NCBI GenBank assembly: GCA_040357565.1
Contig: JBDODJ010000063.1
Strand: one strand, 5' to 3'
Length of the DNA stretch: 63,879 bases
Source: Cercozoa sp. M6MM
Taxonomy: Eukaryota > Protista > Endomyxa: Ascetosporea
The notes under the pieces were generated by a model, which searched no databases, was not told the DNA's origin, and saw only the letters and a list, made by a program, of their open reading frames with translations. This document shows, piece by piece, positions 1 through 14,730 of this stretch. Position 1 is the first letter of the stretch, and every line of letters starts with the position of its first letter. A program made the position numbers and the translations under genes.

Positions 1-46
<46 letters not shown>

Positions 47-110
47 TAGTGAAGGACGTGCCAACAACGGATTTTCAGTGCGCCAAGCGGCGTTGTGTAC
101 GTGCTCTAAG

Positions 111-186
<76 letters not shown>

Positions 187-318
187 CACATTCGCTTTCA
201 AACAATCACAGAGTATCGTAACTAAACTTACCCAGGTCACCGAGTTGCCGGCGCATCTCCCTCCTTGTCGGTGCTAGAGGCAGAGGGGTGAAAGATGGGT
301 GTGGGAAGTAAAGGATAT

Positions 319-377
<59 letters not shown>

Positions 378-449
378 TAGTGAAGGACGTGCCAACAACG
401 GATTTTCAGTGCGCCAAGCGGCGTTGTGTACGTGCTCTAAGTCGCACAC
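1..449. repeat. (TG)n/(CA)n microsatellites with a duplicated ~75-bp segment
   Basis: (TG)n at 1-43 and 322-373, (CA)n at 114-182. The segment tttgtagtgaaggacgtgcc...aagtcgcacaca occurs at ~43-121 and again at ~373-449. Confidence 0.9.
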
Positions 450-871
450 ATCGGGCACGCGAGCCGTCCCTTGAGGTACCTTTCCTGTGTCCCTGCCGCT
501 AAACCTTTTAATGCATCTTTACTGTGTCGTAGTTCGACTATGCGAAACGAAAGTGGCGCACGGACAAAGTTGAAGACGACGCTCTGCTCGCCGCTGAGTC
601 GCAGTACGCCTTCTTCTATGTTGTATAACCTGGATTTTTTTTGTCTGCGCGATGTCCAGTTGGCCCACCACTGTCGGCGTTTCGCTCACTGTGCGCGAGC
701 GATACACAGGTAAGCGGGGGGGGGGGATGGAGGAAATGCGCGGGGTTTAAACAACTATGCGTCGCAGTGGAAGTCATCGTACTCGTTGCCGGACTTGTCG
801 TCTTCGCTGCAGCGCTTGGATCCGCCTGCTGGCTGCGAAGAGAGTTCGATTCGCCAGAAAAGCTGGATTAG
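381..871 (+). CDS. 3' part of a 5'-truncated hypothetical protein with a C-terminal transmembrane helix
   Basis: Exons bounded by GT-AG introns (KDVPTTDFQC...EPSLE|FDYAKRKW...). The last exon VEVIVLVAGLVVFAAALGSACWLRR ends in TAG at 871. Confidence 0.45.
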
Positions 872-999
872 CGTTCAGAATTTGGTGGAGCAGCGAGACT
901 GATTGTTTTAATCTTAATGCATCGTCGTTCCGCTCAAACTCAGATGACAGCCCGCACGTTCAGTGCTGTGTGGCGGTGTGTGACTACCTCAAATACCTT

Positions 1000-2200
1000 G
1001 GTTCTGGTTCTGGATGCGAATACCGTTTCTCACCGGCACAGCAGGCAATCAAAGCCCTGCCGATGACCTGAAACACTCAATCAGGTTTGTTGTTTGTTGT
1101 TGTTTTTTTTTTCTATTTTTGGGCTCTGAATGCACACTTAACATAGAGGGGTTCGTCGTGAGCTGTGCGAGTTTGCGACGGCTGCGCACCCTGTGATGCG
1201 ACACTTTTCGCTTTCACGTGTTGCAAGTATTGTATGCTCAAGTCAATATGCCACAAAACCACATTGATGCCGTTCTAGGATCGTGGTTCAAAAGAACTGC
1301 CGGACAGTCGAGGGTAAAATGGACATTGGACGAAGGCGATCGGTGGCTTGTACGTTGCACGTCTGATTGCATCCAGTGTTTGTATCGCTTCATGTAACTA
1401 CTGGGAGGCAGGCATACATGTGGCCAGTTTCGAAGATGTTCCCTTTGGTCACAGCTGGTACAACTCTGTAATTTACCGAATCACTGCCCTGGATCGAAAA
1501 TGTTAAAATAGTTTAAATTCGCTTTAGCTACGATTGGATACAGTGCCTTTCAAAGCATTCCACTGATTGGCAAGTGTTTGCTTGGCGACTCTACTGCTGT
1601 ATGAAATCTTCCTCCGCACAGAGGCTTGGGGTTTTCTAGTTTGACTTTGCTGGTCAGACGCAACTGAACCGTGGGATTCCGCTCCGTGGACGTGCTTTCG
1701 TGTGTCTGTTGAGTGTGTTCTCTTTGGCTTTCTTCAACTGCCAAATCTGTCATATGCTGATGCTTTTGTTGCAGTTGTGGCGCCTCTGACTTTCAATGCA
1801 ACACATGACCTGCTGGATGAGGTTGTCGATCGTACGTTACTGATGCGTTGCTCCACACTTGGCAGTGTATATCGCCTGTCAATCGCGTCAACTCTGGCCT
1901 CTGTCGGCATTGCCAAGCACACGCAAGTGTAACAAGACTGTATCCAATCAGTTTGACTACAACTGAACCTGTTTGTTTGTTTGTTTGTTGCAGTGAAACA
2001 CATCAAATCGAACGCCGCTTTGCCATGGCACAGCAACGCTGCGGGAGCTACGACGATTCTCCGGCCACGCGGTACCAAAAGAATTACAGCCATGCACGCT
2101 GCATGTTATCTTTGCTTTTTGAAGGACGCAAGTCGCCAGTCTGTACGAAGAGAATAACGAATTTTTTGCGCATACCCGAGTGGGCCACATACTAAGCCAG
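1000..2200 (+). CDS. hypothetical multi-exon protein, limits uncertain
   Basis: Several plus-strand intron-like segments (gtacg...cag, gtttgttt...tag) separate open exon fragments. No recognisable domain. Confidence 0.3.
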
Positions 2201-2524
2201 ACGAGTTCGACCCAATGATAGTCTCCTCACTACTGTACTGTGGAGTACAGTACTTATCCTGAAAGAAACATTTTCCGCAATGGGTCCAGTGCGGCTGGTC
2301 TGCTGATCGATCAATCTGATCCCAAAGGAAGATTCCATCTGACTGTGTAAGGGGGGATTGAGAGCAAAAACACCGACCCATCGCCTTTTTTACGTCCTGT
2401 ATTGTTGTACTCTTGCTTGATTGTACTCTTGCGCCACGGTATAGTGTGTACTGTGCTGTGTGTTGCATTTTTCTTGCTCTCGCTTTTGTCGGACTCACCC
2501 GTTCGTGTTTAGCTCACACACACC

Positions 2525-3629
2525 ATGAACATCCTTCAGTCGCTCGCCTACTCGCCGTACGCCGGTCAGGTCAAGGTGTGTTGCCATTGTCTTGTCAAAT
2601 ATTGTGCTCGTTTCTGTATTGCGTTTTTCCTTTCCAGGTCGGTTTCCGCTCGGCCCATGGCAAGTTCGTCTGCGCTGAGGGCAACGGTGTTGCTGTCGCC
2701 AACCGCGACCAGGCCTCGGGCTGGGAGACGTTCGACGTGATCAAGGTCGGCCCGGGTGTCTTCACGATCCGCACGGCTCACGGCAAGTACGCTTGCGCCG
2801 AGGGCAACGGCAACTTCATCGCCAACCGCGACCAGGCGCAGGGCTGGGAGCAGTTCGCCTTTGAGTTCCGCGGCAACGGCACTGTCGCCAGTACTTTGAG
2901 CCTCTATGTTGCCTCCTTTGTGCTGTGTGCTGCTTTAACCCTGTGTGCATGCAGTCAAGTCGGTTGCCCACAACAAGTACCTGTCGGCGCAGCAGGACGG
3001 CCGTCTGGAGTGCAACCGCGACCAGGCGCAGGGCTGGGAGGAGTTCCAGGTCATTGCTCTGGGTGACGGTGTCGAGCGTATCATTGGCGGCTCGTCCAAC
3101 GCTCAGGTCAAGGTGACGCTCCGCTCGGCTCACGGTACACCTTCTTCTGCTTTCGTCTAGTCTACTTGGGTCGATGTGTACGCGAGTGTTTTTGGTGGGC
3201 AGGCAAGTACTTCTGCGCCGAGGGCAACGGCATGGCTGTGGCCAACCGTGACCACCCGTCGGGTACCCTGAGTTAGTCTAGTGTTATAGTCTAATGTTAC
3301 CCCGCCCCCTCACCTCAACCTGAATGATTTTGTCTGTATGTGCAGACTGGGAGAAGGTCGTGTTCCAGCCCATGGGCAACGGCGTCGTCGCCATTCGCTC
3401 GTGCCACAACAAGTACGCCTGCGCCGAGGGCAACGGCAACTTCGTGATCAACCGCGATCAGGTGCAGGGCTGGGAGCAGTTCCGCATTGAGTTTGTCGGT
3501 CCCAACACGATCGCCATCAAGTCGGTCGCCCACAACAAGTACCTGTCGGCCCAGCAGGACGGCCGCCTCGAGTGCAACCGCGACTCGGTCCAGGACTGGG
3601 AGAAGTTCCAGTACCAGATTGTCGCCTAA
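2525..3629 (+). CDS. fascin/hisactophilin-like protein with two beta-trefoil domains (six ~40-aa repeats)
   Basis: Five exons. Repeats of the form (F/I)RSAHGKYxCAEGNGxxxANRDQxxGWExF and IKSVAHNKYLSAQQDGRLECNRD. Strong C/G-ending codon bias. TAA at 3629. Confidence 0.9.
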
Positions 3630-3803
3630 GACAAAGCTCCAGGCAGGGAGTGACTGACGTGTGTAAATCGATCGTGTAAATCTATCATGTCGTGTACTAG
3701 TCGATTTTTCTGTACCAAAACCTGTTAGTGTGTTAACTACGCTACGCGACGGTGCGTGCGCGTCATTGCTCGGTCTTCAAACGACACAGTAGGCTGTACT
3801 ATA

Positions 3804-4288
3804 TGTTACAGACTGACTCAGATTATGCAGTCTCCGCGGGGATAAACCCAGACAGACCAGTTGGTCCACTATCATTGAAGCAAAAGAGAAAGAAGAGTTA
3901 AGAGTTTGTGTCTCTGCGGTACTACTGCCTATAGAGCTGTGACTGGACCTGTCTGAAAGCCTGTCCCTGTAGATTGAGCCTGCCAGTTGGCAAAGAGAAA
4001 ACCTCATCTACTTGGCATCAGCTGGTCAGTTGCTCTGCAGTTTGTACTGATATCCACCTCTACAAGTAAGCATTGGCTGCTGTAGAGAGAAGGGGTTTTT
4101 AAATCTTCTCACGATTTTCCCTGTGACGGAAGTTTCCGTCTACAACTCCGTCTAGTTTGACGTAAGAACCCAGTTGGGGTAATTCTTCACTTCGCTTCTT
4201 CAAACTAAATCATTTGATTTCCTCGCTTCGTCTAATTGACGACTTACTTCTTTTATTTAGTTCTTTTCACTGACAACCGTCAGTAACA
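3804..4288 (+). mobile_element. element A: TG...CA-bounded non-coding element (solo-LTR-like or Ginger-like), 485 bp
   Basis: Ends TGTTACAGAC / GTCAGTAACA (9 of 10 inverted match), flanked by ATA/ATA. TCCGCGGGGA at 3833. Predicted introns 3919-3972, 4025-4085 and 4179-4260. Confidence 0.85.
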
Positions 4289-4398
4289 ATAAGCCCACAC
4301 TGGAATACACTTCGAGCAGCTAAGACAAAAGAAAAACCCTTGGCACAGGGAAGCTACTAACTACCATAGTACAGTCAAGTAAAACCAGACAGGAGTTG

Positions 4399-4826
4399 TG
4401 TTACTGCACATTTTCAGTAGTCATTGCTCTGACCCGTCCGCGTGGAGGTGATAATCTATGTCTCAAGCAAGTTTGAGATAGGAAAGAGTTTAAGAGTGTT
4501 TTGGCTTGATCTTGCCTGGACAGAGTCCTTGCAGAGAAGCACAAAGCTCCGTCACGGCTTCAGCCTGGTCAGTTAGCTCATTGGCTGGTTTCCATTCCAC
4601 TCACTTTGTCGTGTGTTCACAGGCGGAGTTTTTCTTTCATAAACGCATTGTTACGACCAAGGACGTCTTCCTTCGGTCGAGATCCAGTGGGATCACTTCG
4701 AGACCCAGTAGGGGTATTTCACCTTCAGTTCTAACGTTGACTCAACTGAGTGACGACTTATCTAATTGAATGATTTATTTAGTCTCTCCTTTCCTTTACT
4801 GATTGGGCCATTGAGCCGCAGTAACA
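4399..4826 (+). mobile_element. element B: diverged paralogue of A, 428 bp
   Basis: Perfect 9-bp inverted ends TGTTACTGC / GCAGTAACA, flanked by TTG/TTG. TCCGCGTGGA at 4437. Predicted introns 4568-4622 and 4714-4782. Confidence 0.85.
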
Positions 4827-4861
4827 TTGACAATGTGAACTACTAGAGTCTCCGCGATGTG

Positions 4862-5612
4862 TTACTGCTGACCCAAGTACTCCTGCGTCTGACCCACGAT
4901 GCCAGGGCCGACTGGCTGCTGCTTGCGCGCCTTCTCAAGGTCCATCGCACTGCCACAGGGAGCACATACAAACGTGTCAAACACACACACTCACACCTGA
5001 GAAAAAGAAGCTTACGTCTTGAGTCGCAGCGAATCTTCGTCAGTTGCCTGTGATACACAAGTTGAAATAAAACACAAGGGCGGGGGGGGCCCGCGTAAGC
5101 ACCATCTTTTTCTTTTCATCGAGCTTCTTGAAGTAGGCATCGCTGTCCCAAAGCGCACGTGTTCTCTCGTCAAACTCTGCTCATACACAGCAACGATACT
5201 ACCTTTACCGGAAACATAAAATCAGTGCCCACAAAGGTACCCTGTTCTCTGGCCGGCGCCACTCGCATTACTCTGCCAAGCAGCTCTGCACCTGTAAATA
5301 CGACGTAGTATTGGACACACCAACACATATGCAATGGTCATACCGTTCATGTTGTCAATGGCTGCCTTGGCATCCTCCTCCTCTGCAAAGTCAACGAAGC
5401 CGTAGCCACGGTGCTCAGCTACGAATCCAAGAAAGTCAAAAAAAATCAAACAAAAGTCACAAAAGTCAAAACGAACCTGTGTCGGCATCACGCGGAATGC
5501 TCACGTGTGTGACCTCGCCAAATGTGATGAACGTTGCCTGGAGGATCGGCTCACGCACCGAGGCTTCAAGGCCACCGATGTACACTGTTGTCTTGCTCAG
5601 CTTGTACTCCAT
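4862..5612 (-). CDS. RRM-only homologue of the cyclophilin E (PPIE/Cyp33) N-terminus
   Basis: RNP2 VYIGGL and RNP1 RGYGFVDF, then AKAAIDNMNGAELLGRVMRV, typical of the PPIE RRM. A short tail ends ...QEYLGQQ* with no cyclophilin domain. Confidence 0.85.
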
Positions 5613-6024
5613 CTTTCGAAAAGAGTCCAAATGCTTTCCGAGCGTTCGGCAGCCACCAAAGTGCACTATTACTGACCAGCACACCCGCTAGCACAACCAG
5701 AGTATCCCAGACGCCAGCCTGTGACCAGAAGAGCGCCTCTTTTTTTGAGATTTAAAAAAGTGACGGTGAAACTGGGAGAAGGTTATCAAGGCTGTAACAA
5801 CTCTTCCTTGATGGCCCATGGACAGTGTTGTTGTGAAACCCCAAAAAACGACTGCATTCGGACATCTGTTTACAGCGCTGTACCGTACAGCACGTGAAGC
5901 AAACTGCTGTGGGTGCTGTAAGTCGATAATTTAACAAGGAGGTATGATTTGTTGAGTTTGCAAAATAGTGTCGCTACATGCTTTAAAATTGTTTTGCAGA
6001 CTGTGCGCACTGCCGCTCGTGTGG

Positions 6025-8599
<2,575 letters not shown>

Positions 8600-8854
8600 C
8601 CGTCGCGTAGGTACGCGTACAGCGAGAGGTACACGCGACGTGCAGGCAGGCCGATCAGACTCGACTCGGATTGCACGCGACGCATTAGTTTGTTTGTTCA
8701 GTCTACGTAATACCTAAGAAACGAAAGCCAAAGGAATATTCCTTCGAGTTTCGGTTTGCGTTGACGTGATGGAACTGGCGCTCATCGGGTTGAATGTAGT
8801 CGCCAGTTGCGCGCAGTTGCCGATTTAATGTTCCTTTGCCAATCATTGCAGCCA

Positions 8855-11104
8855 TCAGGCCAGAGCCCCCATCGGGTCCCACGGCGGCAGGTGGAACACT
8901 TCGCGAGTCTCGTAGGCCTCCAACAGTTCCGGCGGAAGAAACCGTCTGCGCACAAAAAGACAGTTTTTGACGCGAAACAAAACATACCACGAAAAACAAT
9001 GAAAACATATACCGCAGAACCACGATTTGGAAGATGCACTCATCAAAGTACTCGTCGCTCAGGTTCAACTGCCAAAACATGCGTCAAGCTCAAAGACCAC
9101 ATGGAGACAAAAGTGAACAGTACAAAGCCTTTGCCGACATGCTTGGCACCATGGGAATTTTCGACTCGCCAGCGCGTGACTTTCTCTTCCTTCTGCAACA
9201 TATTGCGATACCTTATCCCACAGAGGTCAAGCGCACTGTTGTACCGTTCCGGGGTCAGTTTCGACATGAGCGCCCGTGAGAACCATGGCGTGCGTCATCT
9301 CGGAGACACGCCACAGCAGTCTCTCGCGTTTGTCGCACGAGAAGAGGCCTGTCCGAACGAGCGCGTTGAGAACAGAAACTACCGAAAGTCAAAGCACTGC
9401 GCATTTTACCATCACTGAGATCAACGAGCGACCACTCGAAAATGTTGGGGTCCTGCAGGTCCAGCTCGCGGCACAGGAACTTGCCGAAATCGCAGCCAAA
9501 CCACACGGGCAGACCGGACTGCAACTGCCGCAGTGCGGCCAACTTGAGGTCGCTGATCGAGCCGCCGACGTAACGAATCGGTCGGTCGCTGTTGTGAATG
9601 TTGTGCAGACAGTCGACCGTCATGACCATGCCACGTGGGTGACGTGGGTCGTGCACCAGACTCACACCGTCTCGCACAATGTCCAGGACACTGTGACGGT
9701 TGCTAACATCAGTTGCACCGGTTTCGACACGTTGTACCGTCGCCTGTTGAGCGAACCCGAGCGGCGTCACATGGTCGAAATTCACCTGTACGAAAAAGTT
9801 GCAGATAATCGGCTCAAGGCCTGACAAATGCACAAAGGAAACACGGTACAATGCCGTTCTTCTTGGTGTCGAAAGAGATTGAGAAGCGACGCGGCGGACG
9901 ACCTGCGGAGGCACACTTAATCCCTCTGACACTGCACCCTTAAACTTAACCAAAACAAAAAACGTAGTTCACCGAGACAGCGACAAAGGAAGGTGAAAAT
10001 CCACTTCATTTCGGATTTAATAAATGCCTCAGTGTCGTCTTCTTTCTCACTAAACACGACAGAGCACTGAGAAAGCGGCACAGTCAAGAAGATAAACACG
10101 CAACATACCACAACACTGACGCAGCTTGTCGCAAGCGCATGTGCAGCATGGCACGCATACGGCGAGAGGCACCTGCATACAATCACACACGACATAAGCG
10201 ACACCGATACACCTGCATATAAATAATATCAGCTACCCGAATGATGAGTGTCTGGGTACACCTTGACAGGTACGACTCCGTACTTCTGCCAAACATAGAA
10301 CAAATAAAAGTCAAGCACCACCAGTCAAACACAAGTGTGTTCTACCAAGACAAGCGCGGCGAACATGTCGTACTGTCCAGCATCACGAGGCGGCGTCTTG
10401 AGCAGGTAGTCCAACTCGCGACTCTCCTGCGGCGATTCCTTGAACTGAAGCACAGGGAAATTATAGTGCAATGATGGGAGGCAACTTTAATTCGACACCA
10501 GTTGGCGACGCTCGACAATGTAGCGCATCCAGCAGTGCGCACTCTCCAGCAGGTGGTAAAAGTACACGTAATTCTGCGATAATTCAAGCTCATCGAGTCC
10601 GAGATTTTTCGCAATGCCGCCGCGCATCTGATTCAGTCCGGCAAAGATCCAGCACCGTCCACTCGACTTCTGACGCGTCACTGGCTTGACTTCTAAAATA
10701 AATGAAGTTAGAAAGTTGTCGTGCTTTATGCTCGTACCATTGGTTTTGACATTGTAGATGCGTTCCTGACTCAAAGCCTCATGCCTTGCGAGTGCTTTCC
10801 TGCGCCACGCATGTGCACTCAACAAACCTTGACCAAAGAAACTGTCAAATTACCACAGGTCTTCACGAGTCAGAACGTTCTCAGTGACACGGAACAGCGG
10901 ATCCCTGGTTCATTGAGGACAGCATGAAAGGCTTAGTTTACTTGCTTAAAGGTCATGAACGAAGGTACGCCAGAAGCGCGTCCAGCCGCTCGTCGACAAA
11001 AACGTCATCCAGCACAAACTCTGGGGTGAAACACAAAAAATCAACAACCCGAAAAGGTGCCCTGTGAACTAGCTCAGAATATTGTCCATACCCTTGGCTG
11101 GCAT
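8855..11104 (-). CDS. BLMH: bleomycin hydrolase / cysteine aminopeptidase C (peptidase C1B)
   Basis: QKSSGRCWIFA (catalytic Cys), ELSQNY, DGGQYD, PVWFGCD, MTHAMV (His), WRVENSHG (Asn) and C-terminal LPPWDPMGALA*. Confidence 0.95.
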
Positions 11105-11294
11105 TTTACTATATTAAGCTAATAAAGCGCAGACTACTTCTGTTTGTACTGCACAGTCACGAAATTTCTGAACTTCGGAGAGCTGCGCTCTCTGGCCGAC
11201 TTCGGCCTGTCCTTCGGCAAAACGGGCTGACGGTTAACTTTTATTCTAGTGCACGGTTGCGAGAGGACAGAGAGAGTTGGACCTTAGAGTCGGC

Positions 11295-14200
11295 ATGAAC
11301 TCAACCGGCTGCACAGTGCGACCCGAGTCTGGTCTGTGTCAGTGTTCGCTGCCTTTCGCAGGTTGCTTGTTTCAGGCTGACTTGAGCTTTTTGGGGTGGA
11401 TTCTGGCGGTGTGCAGGAGTGCGTTGTGAATTGAGAGTTCCACAAGGAGGAGTTTGTTTAACCCAAGAAACGATAGAGGTGGTCAACACGACGAATGTTA
11501 ACTCCACAAACACGACGAGTATTGGTGCAAACTCCACGTTGACAACCCAGTGCAGCGACCACGGTGTGTGCCGGTCGCCATCGATGTTGTGCGAGTGCTT
11601 CGACGGTTTCGATGGTGACCTTTGCCAGAACACGTTGTGCAATCGCGCATTAGAAGAGTCGGTCGAAGTGGAGCCACGCATCGATTCTGGTCTGGCTTCA
11701 CTGACATCTCGGACCGTGATATGCAACAACTCGACCAACCTCAGTTCTCGCTTCGTGCACACCGAGTTCTGCAACCGGCACACGGGCGTGTGGTCACCTT
11801 CATTCTTGCAGTCAAGTCTGACTCCAAGAAACGTCACTGTACTACCGTGCAGTAGCTCGAGTGGTCGCACACAATGCACTCGTGACATAGACTGCGAAAA
11901 TCCGCAGCTGCACATGTGCACCACCGAGTTTAGATCAAGTGATAGCAACTACACAGGAGGCCTTTGTATCTGCTCGGATTTGGGCAGGTACGGTATTGCA
12001 CTGCTGTAGCCTTTTGCACTCAACTATGATTACACAGAAAGTTTCCCGAGTGCACGCAATGTTTGGATGGTTTCTACACGTTCCGTTCTGCCGCTGCCGT
12101 AGATTTCGGTGCCACCTGGTTAAATCACGGTAATAGCAATGTCCACATGAAGTGTGCTCGCAGAGTGCAAACGTTGTCCGTGCGCTGTGTCTCCTGCATC
12201 TGTAAGAACATACCTGAAGTTCCTTGCACAACGTGATACTGTATTGGTAAATTACACAGCTTGGCAATGACACAACCGTTCCGAACGTTGGCGTACTCGA
12301 CGGTACCTGCGATGATAATGCTCGGTGTGTCTGCCGACCCGGGTTCTCGGGCGAGAGGTGTGAGTTCCCGGTCCAGTGCGAAGTCGTCGATCCTCTAACA
12401 GGTATGATGGCCAATGATTAAGTTGCACACAGTGTCCGACGCTGTGTAGGTCTCCAGTGCAATGGCAACGGTGTGTGTGACCACCTCGGCAAATGTCAGT
12501 GTGACCAAGGATTCCATTTGGAGAACTGCACGCGGATACCCGTACTTGCCTTGTACTGTTTTCACCATTTTTTGCATCTGCATCTGTTGTATATCAGACC
12601 TCGCCGACGAGCGCCGACTTGATTTGCGGCGTCGACAATGTCCCCGAGTTCGCAAGTGTAAGTTCATGCCCTTTCGAGTTCCCTTAAAACTCCAGGCTTG
12701 TTGTTCCCAGTGCACTGACATGTCGGCACAAGGACTCTGCCTTCAGCAACGACTGTGTTTCTCGAGACCACGCGATACGGTTTGTCATATTTGAATAAAC
12801 TGGCCACGCTTTATCAAGCAGAAACTGATAGTTTTGCTGCTGTATGAAGTTGGTGCGCGTGCTGCTGCGCCTGTCGAACGCACAAGTAAACGACCTGTTG
12901 GGCAGTCTGGTGTCCGGTCGACTCGTCAACACGCCCAGCGGTCTCAAAGACAGTGTCGATGAGAATGATGGTGCACCTCAACTGTACAACGAAACTGATT
13001 CCAGGACTGTCAGTTGTGTGTCGTAGTTTGTATCAATGCTGCCATCGACTCTGTCGTAGCTCTCTTTTGATTTCGCAAAAGGATCTAAGGTTAGACGTTT
13101 CGCAGGTGGGATCACAGGCTCAAAGACAGTTCAATTCGTTTCTTTCTCTGGTTCGCAATGCCTTTGATGACGCACTCCAAACTTTGCCTAGTGTAAATTT
13201 ACGTGTTCTTTTCAATATCCTCGCGGTCAAACAAGTAAGTTTTAGTTCTTGAAACAGGACTCAAGAACGTCGTTGGGCAACGTCGATCGCTTCATGATTG
13301 ACTTTAGCGACGTTAGCCACAGCACCGGTAGCCTCCCATAACTAAAGCTTGCTTATAATACTAGTGTGATGGTACTTTCTTATGATTCGCAGTGCAACTG
13401 ATACAGCTGCCGATTTTGCAAACTGCGGCACCAGTGGTGCCGACCGTGTACTATCAGGTTTATCGGTTGGCATATGTTTTATCGTAGGACTGCCGACAAA
13501 GACTCTTTGGATTCGGACAAAGCGGCAGTGCGAGCAAGTACTCAGTACCATATCTGGATTCTTCTGAAGGAGGATACAGTAAACACGCAGACTGTTGAGA
13601 CCAAAGCCGTCGCGCATTGATTCAAAACTGCAAGAAAAGCGTCTCACTCAGACAGAGCAGCTCCCTAGGTTTGAGGGCGTGCCAAAAAAACTCTTGCCTG
13701 AAGTGCAGGTACAAAACAAATGGAGCTGTGAGTTTCTTTATCAACATGAGTGTACAAACTATGTTTTGATCCAGGATTACCACTTTCTCTGGCACGTGTT
13801 TGTCCTCCGTGACTTTTCGACAGAGTCGGCGCTGACACCATCTGCTTTGTAAATTACCTGTACTATAGGTGTATAGACTGAGATACCCGGAAAGAAACGA
13901 TGTAGAACGGCGATACAGCTTGCGTTGGAACAAGCAGCGCGTCGCGATGCATCGTCAATTTTTGCACACACAAGAGACATAAGTACTGTGGATACCTGGC
14001 TACGCAACACGGAGTTGTACACGCAGCGAAATGGCACAGGCGCAGATTCCTCACAGATGATCACACTGACGCAATACGCCAGCTTTGTGCTGGGTTTCGG
14101 TTTTCGCAGCGCACTGTGCGTCGTTGCTCTGTGTTTGACAGCATCCAAGTGTTTTGCATAAATATGTTTACAATCGAATTCGATAGTGACGTCGAAGTGG

Positions 14201-14730
14201 GCGCGGAAAAAGCGATTCAAAATGATGGTGAGCTGTGCTGTGCTTCGTTGCATTGTCAGTGTTTTAAGTACTGTGCTTGCCAACTGCAGCAACAGCGCGG
14301 ACAGTTTTAGTCAGCGCAGTCACGGCTGCTGCGTTTTTGTGCGTCGTCGTAAATCAGCTTCAGCTTCAGTTCCATTCGAAGGATGGAAAACAAGGGTGTG
14401 TGCACAGGGAATCGTCGCGATTATCTCACTGGTCAGGAGTCAGAGGCAATACATTGCACAGGACGAGTACGTTACGCAACTTCACAACGAGCTTCGGGAC
14501 GAAACTCGCAAGGTACGAGAATTTATCTGTTGAAAGTCCGTCAATAATGCTCGAAACAGGCCCAAGCAAGAGGCCTCCGAGCAGTGGCTGCACAGCAAGA
14601 AAGTATCAAGACCACTGTCAATCCTACCCGAGCAACAGCACTTGGCAAGCGCTCCAAAAGCAAAACAGGCAAAAACACAGATAGAAAGAAACGCACCAGA
14701 GCTCGCCGCAGCCGTTCCAATGCAAAATAG
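11295..14730 (+). CDS. large EGF-repeat cell-surface protein, limits approximate
   Basis: Repeated EGF motifs (CSDHGVC...CECFDGFDGDLC, CVCRPGFSGERCE, CNGNGVCDHLGKCQCDQGFH.ENC), followed by non-Cys exons and a basic C-terminus. Confidence 0.7.

Noticed and set aside
1-449. Duplicated exon-like unit between microsatellites as a real tandem exon or repeat array
   Set aside because: The copy is identical and its breakpoints fall in (TG)n/(CA)n runs at the window start, so a misjoin is the likelier cause. Long reads are needed.
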